From assembly GCA_963717145.1 (NCBI GenBank), contig OY970325.1, forward strand, positions 2,560,001 to 2,624,000: a DNA stretch of 64,000 nt, written 5' to 3'. The stretch comes from an uncultured Armatimonadetes bacterium (lineage in GTDB: Bacteria; Armatimonadota; UBA5829; DTJY01). The notes beneath the pieces were generated by a model, which worked only from the letters and a program-made list of their open reading frames with translations, was not told the DNA's origin and ran no database searches. This document shows, piece by piece, positions 1 to 11,110 of the stretch; the first letter of the stretch is position 1, and each line of letters begins with the position of its first letter. The translations under genes were made by a program, and so were the position numbers.

Positions 1-2
1 CG

Positions 3-239
3 GCGCTGAGCCTGGCGTACGAGGCACTCGGCCGGGGCGGGACGATGCCTGCGGTGATGAATGCGGCAAACGAGAACGCAGTCGGCTTGTTTCTCGATGG
101 AAGGATAGATTTTCTCGACATTTGCGGTATAACGAAGAAAGTCATGAAGAACCACTCGCCCCTCACGGATCCGAACCTCGAGCAAATCCTCGAGGCGGAC
201 ACCTGGGGGCGCAGACAGGCTCTGGACTTTCGACTTTAG
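3..239 (+). CDS. dxr: 1-deoxy-D-xylulose-5-phosphate reductoisomerase, C-terminal part (5' truncated by window)
   Basis: GGTMPAVMNAANENAVGLFLDGRIDFLDI matches the DXR C-terminus; canonical dxr-rseP-ispG order. Confidence 0.9.
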   Translation, partial: ALSLAYEALGRGGTMPAVMNAANENAVGLFLDGRIDFLDICGITKKVMKNHSPLTDPNLEQILEADTWGRRQALDFRL

Positions 240-240
240 A

Positions 241-273
241 CGTTGGGGATGGAGTTGGACTCTATCCCCAACG
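241..273. repeat. palindromic element CGTTGGGGATGGAGTTGGACTCTATCCCCAACG
   Basis: imperfect hairpin; same family occurs as an inverted pair inside trmFO (16383-16472). Confidence 0.8.
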
Positions 274-304
274 GCGGACTTTTGACTCGTAGTGGAGGAA
301 GATA

Positions 305-1363
305 TTGCCTGACGCAGTAGTGACGGGGCTGGCGCTGATAGTGCTTCTTGGGACGCTGGTCCTGTTCCATGAGTTCGGACATTTTGCGGTAGCAAAGCTG
401 TTTCGGATCAGGGTGGACGAGTTCGCATTCGGCTTCGGCCCGAAGTGGATTCGCCTGTTCAAGCGCGGGGATACGGAGTATACGATCCATCCCGTCCCGC
501 TCGGTGGATTCGTCAAGCTGGCGGGCATGGAACCCGGCGAGGAGGAAGTCCCGAACGGCTTCAACACCAAACCGGTCTGGCAGCGCATGCTGGTGTACTT
601 CTCCGGGCCGTTCATGAGCTTTGTGCTCGCCGTATTCGTGTTTTCCATAATGGGATTCACGGTCGGGTTGCCGATCACCGGCGAAATCGTCAATCGGATA
701 GAGTTGGTGCAGCCCGGCAGCATAGCGGAGAAGGCCGGACTGCGCACGGCCGATGTTATCGTATCCATCAATGGCAAGCCCATCAGGACCGGCACTGAGA
801 TGGTGACCACCATCCATGGCAGCGCCGGCAAGGCGCTGACGTTGATGGTGCGGCGCAATAATGGAAAGCAGTTGGCCATCCACGCGACCCCGAAGGCCGA
901 GAAGCTTGGCAAGAAGACCGTGGGCCTGCTGGGGTTCATCCCAACTCCCAAGCTACAGCGGGTCGGTCTTCGAGAGTCGGTTCGCTACGGCGCAATTCAG
1001 ACCGAAGTGTTCGCGGTCGGCATGTTGCAGTCGATCTTCAGCCGGCACGTCAAGGACTCGGTCGGCGGGCCGATTGCTATCGCCGATGCGACTCAGACGA
1101 GCGTCAAGCGGGGGCTGTTCGGTTACCTGCAGTTGATGGCGATCCTCAGCCTGAGCCTGGGCGTGATCAACCTCATCCCGATACCGATCCTGGACGGCGG
1201 GGCGATCATGCTGCTCTTGGGCGAGAGGATCAAGGGCAGACGGCTTGCACCACGAACGATTGAGGTGGCTCAGAAGATCGGCCTGGCGTTGATCGCAGCA
1301 TTGTTCATAACCATCATGTACCTCGATCTGAGCCGACTCGCATCGAATCAGTTATTCAGGTAG
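305..1363 (+). CDS. rseP: RIP metalloprotease RseP (M50 with PDZ domain)
   Basis: HEFGH zinc motif, PDZ region, NLIPIPILDGG motif. Confidence 0.93.
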   Translation: MPDAVVTGLALIVLLGTLVLFHEFGHFAVAKLFRIRVDEFAFGFGPKWIRLFKRGDTEYTIHPVPLGGFVKLAGMEPGEEEVPNGFNTKPVWQRMLVYFSGPFMSFVLAVFVFSIMGFTVGLPITGEIVNRIELVQPGSIAEKAGLRTADVIVSINGKPIRTGTEMVTTIHGSAGKALTLMVRRNNGKQLAIHATPKAEKLGKKTVGLLGFIPTPKLQRVGLRESVRYGAIQTEVFAVGMLQSIFSRHVKDSVGGPIAIADATQTSVKRGLFGYLQLMAILSLSLGVINLIPIPILDGGAIMLLLGERIKGRRLAPRTIEVAQKIGLALIAALFITIMYLDLSRLASNQLFR

Positions 1364-1368
1364 AGCAG

Positions 1369-2433
1369 ATGCTTGAGCGGCGAAAGACAAGGCAGGTTCG
1401 GGTTGCGGACTTGCTCATCGGCGGGGATGCAGCGGTGTCGGTGCAGTCGATGACCAACACCGCGACTACGGATGTCGCCGCCACCGTGCAGCAGATACGC
1501 CAGCTCGAGGAAGCCGGCTGCGACTTGGTGCGCGTGGCAGTCCCCGACCAGGATGCCGCCGATTCGCTGGCCGAGATCAAGCAGCGCATTCATATCCCAC
1601 TCGCCGCGGACATCCACTTTGATTACCGGCTCGCGCTCACCGCGATCGAGCAGGGCGTCGACAAGCTTCGTCTCAATCCCGGCAACATCAAGGACCCGGA
1701 CAAGATCGCGCTGATCGCGGACCGCGCCAAGGAACGGGGAATCCCGATCCGGATCGGCGTCAACGCCGGCTCGATCGACCGGAAGCGCTACGACCTTACC
1801 CCCGAGGGCCTCGTACAGAGCGCGCTGGACGAGGTCGCGCTGCTCGAGTCCCGGGACTTCACCGACATCATCATCAGCCTCAAGGCGTTCGATGTACCAA
1901 TGACTATCGACGCATACCGACTGATGTCCGAGAAGGTCGATCACCCCCTGCATATCGGGGTCACGGAGGCCGGCCTCTTGAGACAGGGAACGATCCGCTC
2001 GTCGGTCGGGATCGGGGCGCTCCTGGCGATGGGCATCGGTGACACGCTGAGAGTGTCGTTGACCGCCGATCCGGTCGAGGAGGTCAAGGTCGGAATCGAG
2101 ATCCTGAAGTCGCTCGACCTCCGACGTCAGGGGTTCACACTGATCTCGTGCCCGACCTGCGCGCGGTGCGGGATCGACCTCGTCGGCATCGTCACCGAGG
2201 TCGAGCGCCGGCTTTTGGAAATGACGGACCGGGCGCCGTTGACTGTGGCGGTCATGGGCTGCGAGGTCAATGGGCCGGGCGAGGCGCGCGAGGCTGATGT
2301 CGGCGTCGCGGGATCGATGGACGGAGGAGTGATTTTCTCAGGCGGGCAGGCGCTCCGCAAGGTTTCCGCGGCGGACATGGTGAATGAACTCATGGCGGAA
2401 GTCCGGCGTGCGGCGGAGAAGAAAGGCGTCTGA
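1369..2433 (+). CDS. ispG: HMB-PP synthase (flavodoxin-dependent)
   Basis: VQSMTNT, ADIHFDY, RIGVNAGS, CPTCARC...MGCEVNGPGEA. Confidence 0.97.
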   Translation: MLERRKTRQVRVADLLIGGDAAVSVQSMTNTATTDVAATVQQIRQLEEAGCDLVRVAVPDQDAADSLAEIKQRIHIPLAADIHFDYRLALTAIEQGVDKLRLNPGNIKDPDKIALIADRAKERGIPIRIGVNAGSIDRKRYDLTPEGLVQSALDEVALLESRDFTDIIISLKAFDVPMTIDAYRLMSEKVDHPLHIGVTEAGLLRQGTIRSSVGIGALLAMGIGDTLRVSLTADPVEEVKVGIEILKSLDLRRQGFTLISCPTCARCGIDLVGIVTEVERRLLEMTDRAPLTVAVMGCEVNGPGEAREADVGVAGSMDGGVIFSGGQALRKVSAADMVNELMAEVRRAAEKKGV

Positions 2434-2460
2434 ACCGCCGATGAACGCAAATGAACGCGG

Positions 2461-2937
2461 ATGGGGAACATGGAACTTCGAAAGGCTCGAATCGCGGATA
2501 TACCAGAGATGCAGCGGCTGATCAACGGATTCGCCGACAAGGGCGATCTGCTCCATCGATCGCTGAGCCAACTATACGAGAACATCCGGGATTTCCATGT
2601 ATTCGAGGACCAGGGGCGTGTCGTCGGCACGTGCGCGCTGCACGTCAACTGGGACGACCTGGCGGAGATTATGGCACTCACAGTCGATGAATCCTGCCAG
2701 GGGAAGGGGCTCGGCCTCCAACTCGTCCAATCCTGCATCGAGGACTGCCGGGCCCTCGGGATACACCGGGTGTTTGCACTCACCTACAAGCCTGAGTTCT
2801 TCGTAAAGCATGGGTTCCGATACATCGAGAAGTCGGAGTTGCCTCAGAAAGTCTGGTCGGAGTGCATCAACTGCGTGAAGTTCCCCGACTGCGGCGAGGT
2901 CGCCGTCATCCGGGAATTGGAGGGCAATCATGTCTAA
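2461..2937 (+). CDS. GNAT N-acetyltransferase, short ArgA-like (N-acetylglutamate synthase)
   Basis: RSLSQLYENIRDF, QGKGLG acetyl-CoA motif, LPQKVWSECINCVKFPDCGE tail. Confidence 0.8.
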   Translation: MGNMELRKARIADIPEMQRLINGFADKGDLLHRSLSQLYENIRDFHVFEDQGRVVGTCALHVNWDDLAEIMALTVDESCQGKGLGLQLVQSCIEDCRALGIHRVFALTYKPEFFVKHGFRYIEKSELPQKVWSECINCVKFPDCGEVAVIRELEGNHV

Positions 2938-3106
2938 GATCAAGGAAGAAGTTATCGATATGATTCGCCGCATGCCTGAGGATGCGAGCGTGGAGGACAT
3001 CATGGCCGAGCTTTGCTTCCGGCAGAAAGTAGACACCGGCCTGCAGCAAGTTGAGGACGGCAAGACCTTGACCCACGAGCAAGTCAAGGCGAGACTCGGC
3101 TGGTAG
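2930..3106 (+). CDS. 58-aa antitoxin-like protein (not in ORF track)
   Basis: ATG 2930 to TAG 3106: MSKIKEEVIDMIRRMPEDASVEDIMAELCFRQKVDTGLQQVEDGKTLTHEQVKARLGW; GGAGGG RBS; resembles small antitoxins found before RelE/ParE toxins. Confidence 0.7.
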   Translation: MSKIKEEVIDMIRRMPEDASVEDIMAELCFRQKVDTGLQQVEDGKTLTHEQVKARLGW

Positions 3107-3112
3107 TTCATC

Positions 3113-3935
3113 TTGAAGTCACCACGAATCCTCAGCACGCGAATCTCTTTCGGACGAATCCTCATTCTCCTCAGCATACCGGCCCTGATCGCCGGAATCT
3201 GCGTCCTCGACGCACTGTTCATCGAACCGAACTTTCCGCGAGTGATCACTCAGGAGATCGTGATCAAGGACCTCCCCAACCCACTCGATGGGCTCAAGAT
3301 CGTGCACCTCACCGACCTTCATATTGTAACTGTCGGCAAGCGCGAGGACAGAGCGCTCGCGAAGATCAACCTCATCAAGCCGGACGTCATTTGCATGACC
3401 GGTGACTACGTCGAGGACGATGGGATCACGCCGGGCTACCCAACGAAGGCGGATTGCACTCGCAGCTTCCGGTACTTTTCGTATCGCCTCAGGGCGAAGC
3501 ACGGAGTATACGCCGTTTCCGGCAACTGGGATCCGCCCACGTTGGAGACGGATATCGCTGGAACCGGGGTGACGATGCTGGATGACAAGGCGGTTACTCT
3601 GAGGATCGGAGGTGCGGACCTGACGATCTCGGGCAGCAGACCGGTGGAACAGGGCCAGGTGAAGGCGCACCCGCTCATCGTGCTCGACCACTTCCCCGAG
3701 GTGGTCGACAACCTGGTGAGAACCGGAAGGCAGGTGGACCTGATGCTCGCCGGTCACTGGCATGGCGGCCAGGTGAACATCCCGGGCCAGACCCCGCAGG
3801 TGAAGTACCTCGCCGGATACTACAAGGTCGGCGACGCCCAACTCTACGTCGGTCGAGGGCTCGGGCATGCACACACATGCCGTTCGCTTCCGCTGTCCGT
3901 CCGAGATCACCCTGATCGTCCTCAGGCGCGGCTAG
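3113..3935 (+). CDS. metallophosphoesterase (YkuE-like), one frameshift near 3865
   Basis: TDLH, TGDY, GNWD, AGHWHGGQ; conserved end GMHTHAVRFRCPSEITLIVLRRG* is in another frame, stop 3935. Confidence 0.85.
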
Positions 3936-4019
3936 AACTCCTTGCCCCTCGCCGCCGTATCTGCTAGAATCACTTGGCCGAGGCTCGCATAGCGAATCAG
4001 TGGCCGGAGGAGGCAATCC

Positions 4020-5612
4020 TTGAGTATTCCGGGATGGACGAACGTCCCTGTCGAGTTCGATCTCACCGCCGGAGCGACCGACCCCGACATAGAGGTCGAT
4101 GTCGTCTTCAGCGGTCCGGCGGGGGAGTTCAGAGTGCCCGCGTTCCGGGCGGGAGGGAACGCGTTCCGAGTGCGTTTCGCCGCTCCTGAACGCGGCCGAT
4201 ACGCCTACCACACGATCTGTTCCGGCGACGACGACCTCAATGACCGGACGGGCGATCTGCACATCGAGCCGTATGACGGCGACAATCCACTCTACCAACA
4301 CGGACGCCTGAGAGTCGCACAGAATCACCGCACGCTGGAGCACTCCGACGGCACTCCGTTCTTCTGGCTCGGCGACACCTGGTGGATGGGCCTCACGAAG
4401 CGGCTCGACTGGCCGAACGGTTTCGCATCCCTCGCCGCCGACCGGGTTGCCAAGGGGTTCAACCTGATACAGATCGTCGCCGGTCCGCTGCCCGACTTCG
4501 ACGCCGAGTCCGCGACCTGGGATCCCCAGCAGGCGAACGAGGCGGGTTGGCCGTGGGAGCGCGACTGGGCGCGGATCAACCCCGAGTTCTACGATCTCGC
4601 CGATCAGCGGATCGCGCATCTCGTGGAGCAAGGGCTCGTCCCGTGCATCGTCGGCATGTGGGGCTTCTACCTGCCGTTCATGGGCATCGACAAGGTCAAG
4701 CAGCACTGGCGCAACCTCGTCGCCCGATACGGTGCGTACCCGGTCGTATGGTGCATCGCCGGCGAGGTGAAGATGCCGACCTACAGCCACCACGGCATCC
4801 CCGGCGCATGGCAGACCGAGGGCGCTGAGTTGGAGGCAGGCTGGACCGAAGTCGGGCACTACCTGAGGGAGATCGATCCCTACCACCATCCCGTGACTGT
4901 GCATCCCACGGGGGGCGCGAGCGGCCGTAACATGCTCCCCGAATCACTGATCGACGTCGACATGCTCCAGACCGGACACGGCGGCCACAATGTGCTTCCT
5001 CGGACGGTCGATATCACAGACACCGCCAATGCCAACACGCCGCGCATGCCGGTGGTCAACAGTGAGCCGTGCTACGAGGGCATCATGGGGACCGCCTGGC
5101 AGGAGATGCAGCGGTTCGTCTTCTGGACGAGCGTCATGTCCGGCTCAGCGGGCCACACATACGGCGCGCAAGGCATCTGGGCGATGAGTTCGCGCGACGA
5201 GCCGTTCCTCGGCTCCACCATGAACTGGGGCGACGGCTTTTGGCAGGATGTAATGCATTATCAGGGCTCGGCGCAGGTAGGATTAGGCCGACGCTTCCTC
5301 GAACGATACCCCTGGTGGCTTTTCGAGCCGGTCACCGTGGAAGGTCTCTCCCGCAGTTCGTTCGGGATGGGCATCCCTGGCAAGGTGGCAGTGTTCTACC
5401 TCGCGGGGCAGTGGGCGGATCCGAAGTTCGCCGGGGTGCAGGGCCAGCGGATCGATATCGAGCCGAACGCGCGGTATCGGGCGTACTTCTTCGACCCGAG
5501 GACGGGCAAGGATGTCGCCATTGGACCGGTTGAGCCCGATCCGGACGGCCTGTGGCCGGTCCCGCGCAAGCCGTCGATGGACGACTGGGTACTCGTTCTC
5601 GAGAGGACGTAA
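4020..5612 (+). CDS. DUF4038/apiosidase-like glycoside hydrolase (GH140-like)
   Basis: DGTPFFWLGDTWW, LVARYGAYPVVWCIAGE, EPCYEG, GHTYGAQGIW, DWVLVL end. Confidence 0.8.
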   Translation: MSIPGWTNVPVEFDLTAGATDPDIEVDVVFSGPAGEFRVPAFRAGGNAFRVRFAAPERGRYAYHTICSGDDDLNDRTGDLHIEPYDGDNPLYQHGRLRVAQNHRTLEHSDGTPFFWLGDTWWMGLTKRLDWPNGFASLAADRVAKGFNLIQIVAGPLPDFDAESATWDPQQANEAGWPWERDWARINPEFYDLADQRIAHLVEQGLVPCIVGMWGFYLPFMGIDKVKQHWRNLVARYGAYPVVWCIAGEVKMPTYSHHGIPGAWQTEGAELEAGWTEVGHYLREIDPYHHPVTVHPTGGASGRNMLPESLIDVDMLQTGHGGHNVLPRTVDITDTANANTPRMPVVNSEPCYEGIMGTAWQEMQRFVFWTSVMSGSAGHTYGAQGIWAMSSRDEPFLGSTMNWGDGFWQDVMHYQGSAQVGLGRRFLERYPWWLFEPVTVEGLSRSSFGMGIPGKVAVFYLAGQWADPKFAGVQGQRIDIEPNARYRAYFFDPRTGKDVAIGPVEPDPDGLWPVPRKPSMDDWVLVLERT

Positions 5613-5615
5613 CAT

Positions 5616-5717
5616 GTAGTGGCCGCGCCTCTGTGCCGGCTTCACCACCTCGCTGGCCGGCACAGAGGCGCGGCCACTCCAACACAGAGCTGGCCGGCAC
5701 AAAGGCACGGCCACTAC
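5616..5717. repeat. GTAG-type REP inverted pair plus third arm (family A)
   Basis: GTAGTGGCCGCGCCTCTGTGCCGGC...GCCGGCACAGAGGCGCGGCCACT...GCCGGCACAAAGGCACGGCCACTAC; 4 loci in window. Confidence 0.85.
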
Positions 5718-5740
5718 AATAACGGAAAGGAACATCAGCT

Positions 5741-7063
5741 TTGGCCAAGAAGATCGCATTCATCGGAGCAGGGAGTTTCGGATTCACCAGAGGGCTCGTC
5801 AGGGACATCCTGACGTTCCCCGAACTCGCCGACTGCACTCTCGCGCTCATGGACATCGACAAGGAGCGCCTCGACTTCATCACCGCCGCCGTCAAGAAGA
5901 TCATCAAGGCGGGGAAGTATCCGGCGAAGGTCATCTCGACCCTCGATCGCAAGAAAGCCCTGGAAGGCGCTGACGGAGTCGTCTGCACGATCCTCCAGGG
6001 CGGCGTCGATGTCTTCGCAAGCGACATCGAGATCCCGATGAAGTACGGCGTGGACACGAACATCGGCGACACCAGGAGCGTCTCCGGCATCTTCCGCGCG
6101 CTTCGGACGATCCCTGTGATGCTCGACATCGCGAAAGACATCGCCAGGTATGCGCCCAACGCCATCTTCCTGAACTACACGAACCCGATGGCGATGCTCT
6201 GCCGCGCCATGCAGGGCGAGTACCCGCAGCTAACGATCTCCGGCCTCTGCCACAGCGTTCAGGGCACGGCGATGATGCTCGCGAACTGGATCGGCGCTCC
6301 GTATTCGGAGGTCACCTATCACTGCGCGGGGATCAACCATCAGGCGTGGTACGTCGACTTCAAGTGGAACGGCGAGGATGCGTACCCGAAGATCCGCGAG
6401 GCGGTCACAACCCGCCCGGAGGTCTACAACGAGGAACTCGTGCGCAACGAGATGTTCCTGCACCTGGGCTACTACGTGACCGAGTCGAGCGGCCACAACT
6501 CCGAGTACTGTTCCTGGTTCCGCAAGCGCCCGGACCTCATCGAGAAGTACTGCACCCACGGCACCGGCTGGAATCCCGGCGTGCACAGATACATCCTCGA
6601 CGCATACCTGAACATCGCGAGCACCTGGCGCGACAACATCAAGGCCGAGCTTGAGAAGCCGGTCAACCTGAATCGAGGCCACGAGTACGCGGCCAGCATC
6701 TTCAACGCCACATTCGGCGACGGCGCGCTCTTCGAGTTCAACGGCAACGTCCGCAACACCGGGCTGATCGACAACCTGCCTCAGGGATGCTGCGTGGAGG
6801 TGCCGGTCCTGGCGTCGAAGCGCGGGCTCGATCCGATGCACGTCGGCATGCTGCCTCCGCAGTGCGCGATCATGACGGGCCTCAGCGCCGAGATCGAGGA
6901 ACTGGCGGTCGATGGCATCATCACCGGCGACAGGGACAAGATCCGGCACGCGGTCTACTTCGATCCGCTCACTTCGGCGGTCTGCAGCCTCGATGAGATC
7001 AAGTCGATGGTCGAGGAGATGTTCGAGGCGAACAAGGAGTACTGGCGACCGTGGAGTGGATAG
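5741..7063 (+). CDS. melA: alpha-galactosidase/alpha-glucosidase, GH4 family
   Basis: [12 protein letters not shown] fold, [33 protein letters not shown]. Confidence 0.88.
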   Translation: MAKKIAFIGAGSFGFTRGLVRDILTFPELADCTLALMDIDKERLDFITAAVKKIIKAGKYPAKVISTLDRKKALEGADGVVCTILQGGVDVFASDIEIPMKYGVDTNIGDTRSVSGIFRALRTIPVMLDIAKDIARYAPNAIFLNYTNPMAMLCRAMQGEYPQLTISGLCHSVQGTAMMLANWIGAPYSEVTYHCAGINHQAWYVDFKWNGEDAYPKIREAVTTRPEVYNEELVRNEMFLHLGYYVTESSGHNSEYCSWFRKRPDLIEKYCTHGTGWNPGVHRYILDAYLNIASTWRDNIKAELEKPVNLNRGHEYAASIFNATFGDGALFEFNGNVRNTGLIDNLPQGCCVEVPVLASKRGLDPMHVGMLPPQCAIMTGLSAEIEELAVDGIITGDRDKIRHAVYFDPLTSAVCSLDEIKSMVEEMFEANKEYWRPWSG

Positions 7064-7120
7064 GTGTTGGGTGCTAGGGAACCCCAACATCCACAAGCTT
7101 TGTAGGGCACGGGAGTGGAT

Positions 7121-7771
7121 ATGGCATCCGAGTACAGCTCCAGGGAAGTCCCGCCGCTGACTGAGGAGCAGATCGAGGAGTTGACCAGGATCGTCTTCCT
7201 GGATCCTGTCGAACCAGTTCGGTGCGACCTGATTCTTGTGTTCGGTGGGACGCACCCGGGCGCATGGGAGACCGCCGCGGACGCGTGGCACCAAGGCATG
7301 GGCAAGAGGGTGCTGGTCACAGGGGGCGTCGCTCGGAATCTGAAGATCCCGCACTCAACCTGGACACCGACCGAGATGCCGGGATGCTGTATCATAGCAG
7401 ATCATCTGAAGCGTCTGGGAATGCCCGAGGACAGGATTGTCTGCGATGAGAGGCCGACCAACTCGCTCGAGGAGGTTCTCTGCGCGAAGGAGATAGTGAA
7501 CTCTAACGGGATATCGAGCGTGCTGTTCGTAAGCAAGTGCTTTGCCGCAGGGCGGCAGTACCGCACGCTAAGGAAGCACTTCCCTGAACATGTCGAGCTT
7601 GTTCCATACCCTTTCGACACGAACCTCGGCGAGGGGCCGGTTGTGACTCGGGACAACTGGATGGATCGACCCGAGAGCCGCTCAGTCGTCTACTCGGAGT
7701 ATCTACGCATCCTTAGGTACGGGGCGCAGGGTGACCTCATATCACTCGACAAACCGATAGAAGGTTTGTAG
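7121..7771 (+). CDS. YdcF family (DUF218) protein
   Basis: DLILVFGG, VLVTGG, PEDRIVCDERPTNSLEE, EYLRILRY. Confidence 0.75.
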   Translation: MASEYSSREVPPLTEEQIEELTRIVFLDPVEPVRCDLILVFGGTHPGAWETAADAWHQGMGKRVLVTGGVARNLKIPHSTWTPTEMPGCCIIADHLKRLGMPEDRIVCDERPTNSLEEVLCAKEIVNSNGISSVLFVSKCFAAGRQYRTLRKHFPEHVELVPYPFDTNLGEGPVVTRDNWMDRPESRSVVYSEYLRILRYGAQGDLISLDKPIEGL

Positions 7772-7808
7772 TTTTCCTTGGCGCTCTTGGCGTCTTGGCG
7801 GTTCCACA

Positions 7809-8723
7809 ATGCATGGCGAGGTTGACCGGTTCATCGACTACATGCAGGCCGTGCGGAACGTGTCCCCGAACACGATCAAGGGATACGCGACCGACATCGC
7901 CAAGTTCATCGGCTTCCTGGAAGACGAGAGCCTGAGCACGTCGCCGAGGGACATCCACTCGCGGATCGTCAGGCGTTACCTCGCGCGACTCCAGCGCCAG
8001 GGGATGAGCAAGACGTCGATCGCCCGGAAGATGGCTTCCCTCCGGGCGTTCTTCAGGTATCTGGTGCACAAGAAGCTCATGGAGCTGGACCCGATGCTCG
8101 GCCTCAGCAGCCCGAAGCTCGACAAGCGGCTGCCCAAGTTCCTGCGCCCGGAGCAGGTCGAGGCCCTGATGCTTCGTCCAGACACCACCGAGCCGATCGG
8201 CGCGCGGGATGCCGCGATGCTGGAGGTCCTGTACGCGACCGGCTGCCGTGTGAGCGAGGTCGCCGGGATGAACGTCCGAGACATGGACCTGGGGGCAGGC
8301 GAGATCAGGGTGCTCGGCAAGGGATCGAAGGAGCGAATCACGCTCATCGGCCGTGCGGCACAGGAGGCGCTTTCGGGGTATCTACACAATGCGCGCCCGA
8401 AGCTGCTGGCCAGGCGCACGGATGGCACGAACGAGCAGGCGGCGTTCCTGAACAAGGACGGCGGACGACTGACGGTTCGCAGCATAAACCGGATGCTCGA
8501 CAAGCACTTCGGCCAGGTGAGCGACGAGCTGAAGATCAGCCCGCACGTCCTGCGGCACACATTTGCGACTCACATGCTCGAGAACGGCGCGGACCTGCGC
8601 TCGATCCAGGAGCTTCTCGGGCACACGAGTCTCTCGACGACGCAGATCTACGCGCATGTCACCCAGGAGCGGCTGAAACAAGTATACGAACAAGCACATC
8701 CGAGAGCGCTGGAGGAACGATGA
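7809..8723 (+). CDS. xerC: tyrosine recombinase XerC
   Basis: [41 protein letters not shown]...TTQIY; directly upstream of hslVU. Confidence 0.9.
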   Translation: MHGEVDRFIDYMQAVRNVSPNTIKGYATDIAKFIGFLEDESLSTSPRDIHSRIVRRYLARLQRQGMSKTSIARKMASLRAFFRYLVHKKLMELDPMLGLSSPKLDKRLPKFLRPEQVEALMLRPDTTEPIGARDAAMLEVLYATGCRVSEVAGMNVRDMDLGAGEIRVLGKGSKERITLIGRAAQEALSGYLHNARPKLLARRTDGTNEQAAFLNKDGGRLTVRSINRMLDKHFGQVSDELKISPHVLRHTFATHMLENGADLRSIQELLGHTSLSTTQIYAHVTQERLKQVYEQAHPRALEER

Positions 8724-9250
8724 ACACACAAGCAACGACGATTGTGGCCGTCATGCACAACGGCAAGGTCGCCATGGCGGGCGACGGCCAGGTCACCATC
8801 GAGAACCAGATCATGAAGGCCGGCGCGAAGAAGGTCCGGCGCATGCACGACGGCAAGGTCCTCGCCGGGATCGCCGGATCGGTCGCCGACGCCTACACGC
8901 TCTCCGACAAGTTCGAGGCCAAGCTCGATGAGTCGCACGGCAACATCCTGCGCGCGGTCCGCGAGTTTGCGAAGGAGTGGCGCACGGATAGGATACTGAG
9001 GAGGCTCGAGGCGCTGATGATCGTTGCCGACGCCGAGCACGTGCTGGTCCTCTCCGGCAACGGTGAGGTCATCGAGCCGGACGACGGTGTCGTGGCGATC
9101 GGATCGGGCGGAGGATACGCCCTCGCGGCGGCCCGTGCCCTGATGCGTCACTCGGACCTGAGCGCCGAGCAGATCGTCGAGGAGGCTCTGCACGTCGCCG
9201 CCTCGATCTGCGTATTTACGAACGAAAACATCACAGTGGAAGCGCTTTAG
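8720..9250 (+). CDS. hslV: ATP-dependent protease subunit HslV
   Basis: [29 protein letters not shown]. Confidence 0.97.
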   Translation: MNTQATTIVAVMHNGKVAMAGDGQVTIENQIMKAGAKKVRRMHDGKVLAGIAGSVADAYTLSDKFEAKLDESHGNILRAVREFAKEWRTDRILRRLEALMIVADAEHVLVLSGNGEVIEPDDGVVAIGSGGGYALAAARALMRHSDLSAEQIVEEALHVAASICVFTNENITVEAL

Positions 9251-9252
9251 AA

Positions 9253-9385
9253 CACAGATGACACAGATGGGGAGGGATATGGGGAATGGTCTATGGTTGA
9301 TGGTTGATGAATTCCGTGAACCATCACTCATCACACATTTCCCATTCCATCCGTTTCATCCTCCGCCATCTGTGCAATCTGTGTT
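9253..9385. repeat. composite intergenic repeat (ACAGATG.../...CATCTGTG inverted arms enclosing ATGGTTG heptamers)
   Basis: ACACAGATGACACAGATGG ... ATGGTTGATGGTTGATG ... CCATCTGTGCAATCTGTGT. Confidence 0.65.
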
Positions 9386-9404
9386 CCGTTTCTAAGAGGT
9401 AACC

Positions 9405-10892
9405 ATGGAAGATCTTACTCCGAAGCAGATCGTCGAAGAACTCGACAAGTACATCATCGGCCAGGACAAGGCCAAGCGCGCGGTGGCGATCGCCCTCCGA
9501 AACCGGTACCGCAGGCGTCTGGTCAGCGAGGACATGCGCGAGGAGGTCATCCCGAAGAACATCCTCATGATCGGCCCGACCGGCGTCGGCAAGACCGAGA
9601 TCGCCCGCCGACTCGCACAGATCGCCCGCGCCCCGTTCGTCAAGGTCGAGGCCACCAAGTTCACCGAGGTCGGCTACGTCGGCCGCGATGTCGACTCGAT
9701 GGTCCGCGATCTCGTCCAGCTCGCGGTCCGAATGCTCGAGAACGAGAAGATCGACGAGGTCCGCGACCGCGCCCGTGAGTTGGCGGTCGAGCGGATCCTT
9801 GACATCCTCGAGCCGATGCCCTCGCACGAGGAGCATCAGCAGCCGCCCAAGGAGTTCGAGGCTGCGAGCCAGTTCCTCGGGCAGCTTTTCGGCGGACGGC
9901 TGCCCGGGCAGGTCGAGCCGCCGCCCGAGCCCGAGCCTGTCGTCGAGGACGAGCACGAGGCCGTTGACAGGGATGCCATCGAGCGCGAGCAGAGGATGCG
10001 CAAGGAGCGGATTCGCGCCAAGCTCCGAAAGCAGATCGAGGAGGGCCTGATCGACGACCAGCGGATCGAGATCGAGGTGGAGGAGGCCGGCGGCACTCCG
10101 TTCATGCAGGTGTTCAGCGGCCAGGGCATGGAGGAGATGGGCATGGACATGCCGGGCATGCTCGGCCCGATGATGCGCCGGCGGAAGACCAAATCGGTCA
10201 CCATCGGCGAGGCGAAGGAGGTCCTGGCGCAGGAAGAGGCCGGGAAGCTCATCGATCACGACCAGGTCATCCGCGAGGCGATCGATCGCGCCGAGCAGAC
10301 CGGCATCATCTTCGTCGACGAGCTGGACAAGATCGCCGGGCGCGAGAAGGGCGGCGACGGCGGCGGCCCTCAGGTCTCGCGCGAGGGCGTCCAGCGCGAC
10401 ATCCTGCCGATCATCGAGGGCTCGACCGTCGTCACCAAGTACGGCCCGGTCCGCACGAACCACATCCTGTTCATCGCGGCCGGCGCGTTCCACGTCAGCA
10501 AGCCGTCGGACCTCATCCCGGAGCTTCAGGGCCGCCTGCCGATCCGCGTCGAACTCGACAGCCTGAACGGAGCCGATTTCAAGCGCATCCTGACCGAGCC
10601 GAAGAACGCGCTCATCAAGCAGTACGTCGCGCTGCTGGCGACCGAAGGCGTGACGGTCGAGTTCACCGATGACGCGATCGACGAAATCGCGCGGATCGCC
10701 GAGGAGGTCAACTCGCAGATGGAGAACATCGGCGCGCGGCGGCTTCACACGGTCATGGAGCGCCTGCTCGAAGAACTCTCGTTCGAGGCCCCGGACCTCG
10801 CCGGCCAGGAGGTCACCATCGACGCCGCCTACGTCCGCGATAAGCTGGGGGACATCGTCAAGAACGAGGACCTGAGCAAGTATATCCTATAA
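9405..10892 (+). CDS. hslU: ATP-dependent protease ATPase HslU
   Basis: [51 protein letters not shown]. Confidence 0.97.
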   Translation: MEDLTPKQIVEELDKYIIGQDKAKRAVAIALRNRYRRRLVSEDMREEVIPKNILMIGPTGVGKTEIARRLAQIARAPFVKVEATKFTEVGYVGRDVDSMVRDLVQLAVRMLENEKIDEVRDRARELAVERILDILEPMPSHEEHQQPPKEFEAASQFLGQLFGGRLPGQVEPPPEPEPVVEDEHEAVDRDAIEREQRMRKERIRAKLRKQIEEGLIDDQRIEIEVEEAGGTPFMQVFSGQGMEEMGMDMPGMLGPMMRRRKTKSVTIGEAKEVLAQEEAGKLIDHDQVIREAIDRAEQTGIIFVDELDKIAGREKGGDGGGPQVSREGVQRDILPIIEGSTVVTKYGPVRTNHILFIAAGAFHVSKPSDLIPELQGRLPIRVELDSLNGADFKRILTEPKNALIKQYVALLATEGVTVEFTDDAIDEIARIAEEVNSQMENIGARRLHTVMERLLEELSFEAPDLAGQEVTIDAAYVRDKLGDIVKNEDLSKYIL

Positions 10893-10986
10893 CTCATACT
10901 CGTACTCATACTCGTGCTCTCTCGTCGTTTGCGGCCGATCACCGAAAAACCGGTATATTTACCAGTCCACTTCCCATCCGAAATGG

Positions 10987-11015
10987 TTGACGAGATAGCA
11001 TTTAGTTGTTATACT
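10987..11015 (+). promoter_or_regulatory. sigma70-type promoter for the fibre operon
   Basis: TTGACG-N17-TATACT about 95 nt before ATG 11111. Confidence 0.65.
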
Positions 11016-11110
11016 TTTCGAGGGTAGATCGCTTTGACAGCAACACACGCCCTCGATCTTCCTGCTTCATGCACCACCGCACCACCGATTGTACAAGGAG
11101 GATTCCCGCT

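Noticed and set aside
5616-5717. CRISPR array from the repeated GCCGGCAC units
   Set aside because: Arms are inverted, spacers short and irregular, no cas genes; fits REP doublets
7809-8723. Tyrosine recombinase as a prophage or island integrase for the fibre genes
   Set aside because: Sequence and xerC-hslV-hslU context match chromosomal XerC; no att-like repeats seen
9324-10748. Long antisense ORFs (e.g. 474 aa opposite hslU; similar ones opposite melA, lacI, metK and DUF4091)
   Set aside because: Expected shadow ORFs in high-GC coding DNA; no recognisable motifs
10985-11015. Third copy of the GGTTGAC...GTCTA alternative promoter before the fibre operon
   Set aside because: Has GGTTGAC but no GTCTA at the matching spacing; fits an ordinary sigma70 TTGACG-N17-TATACT
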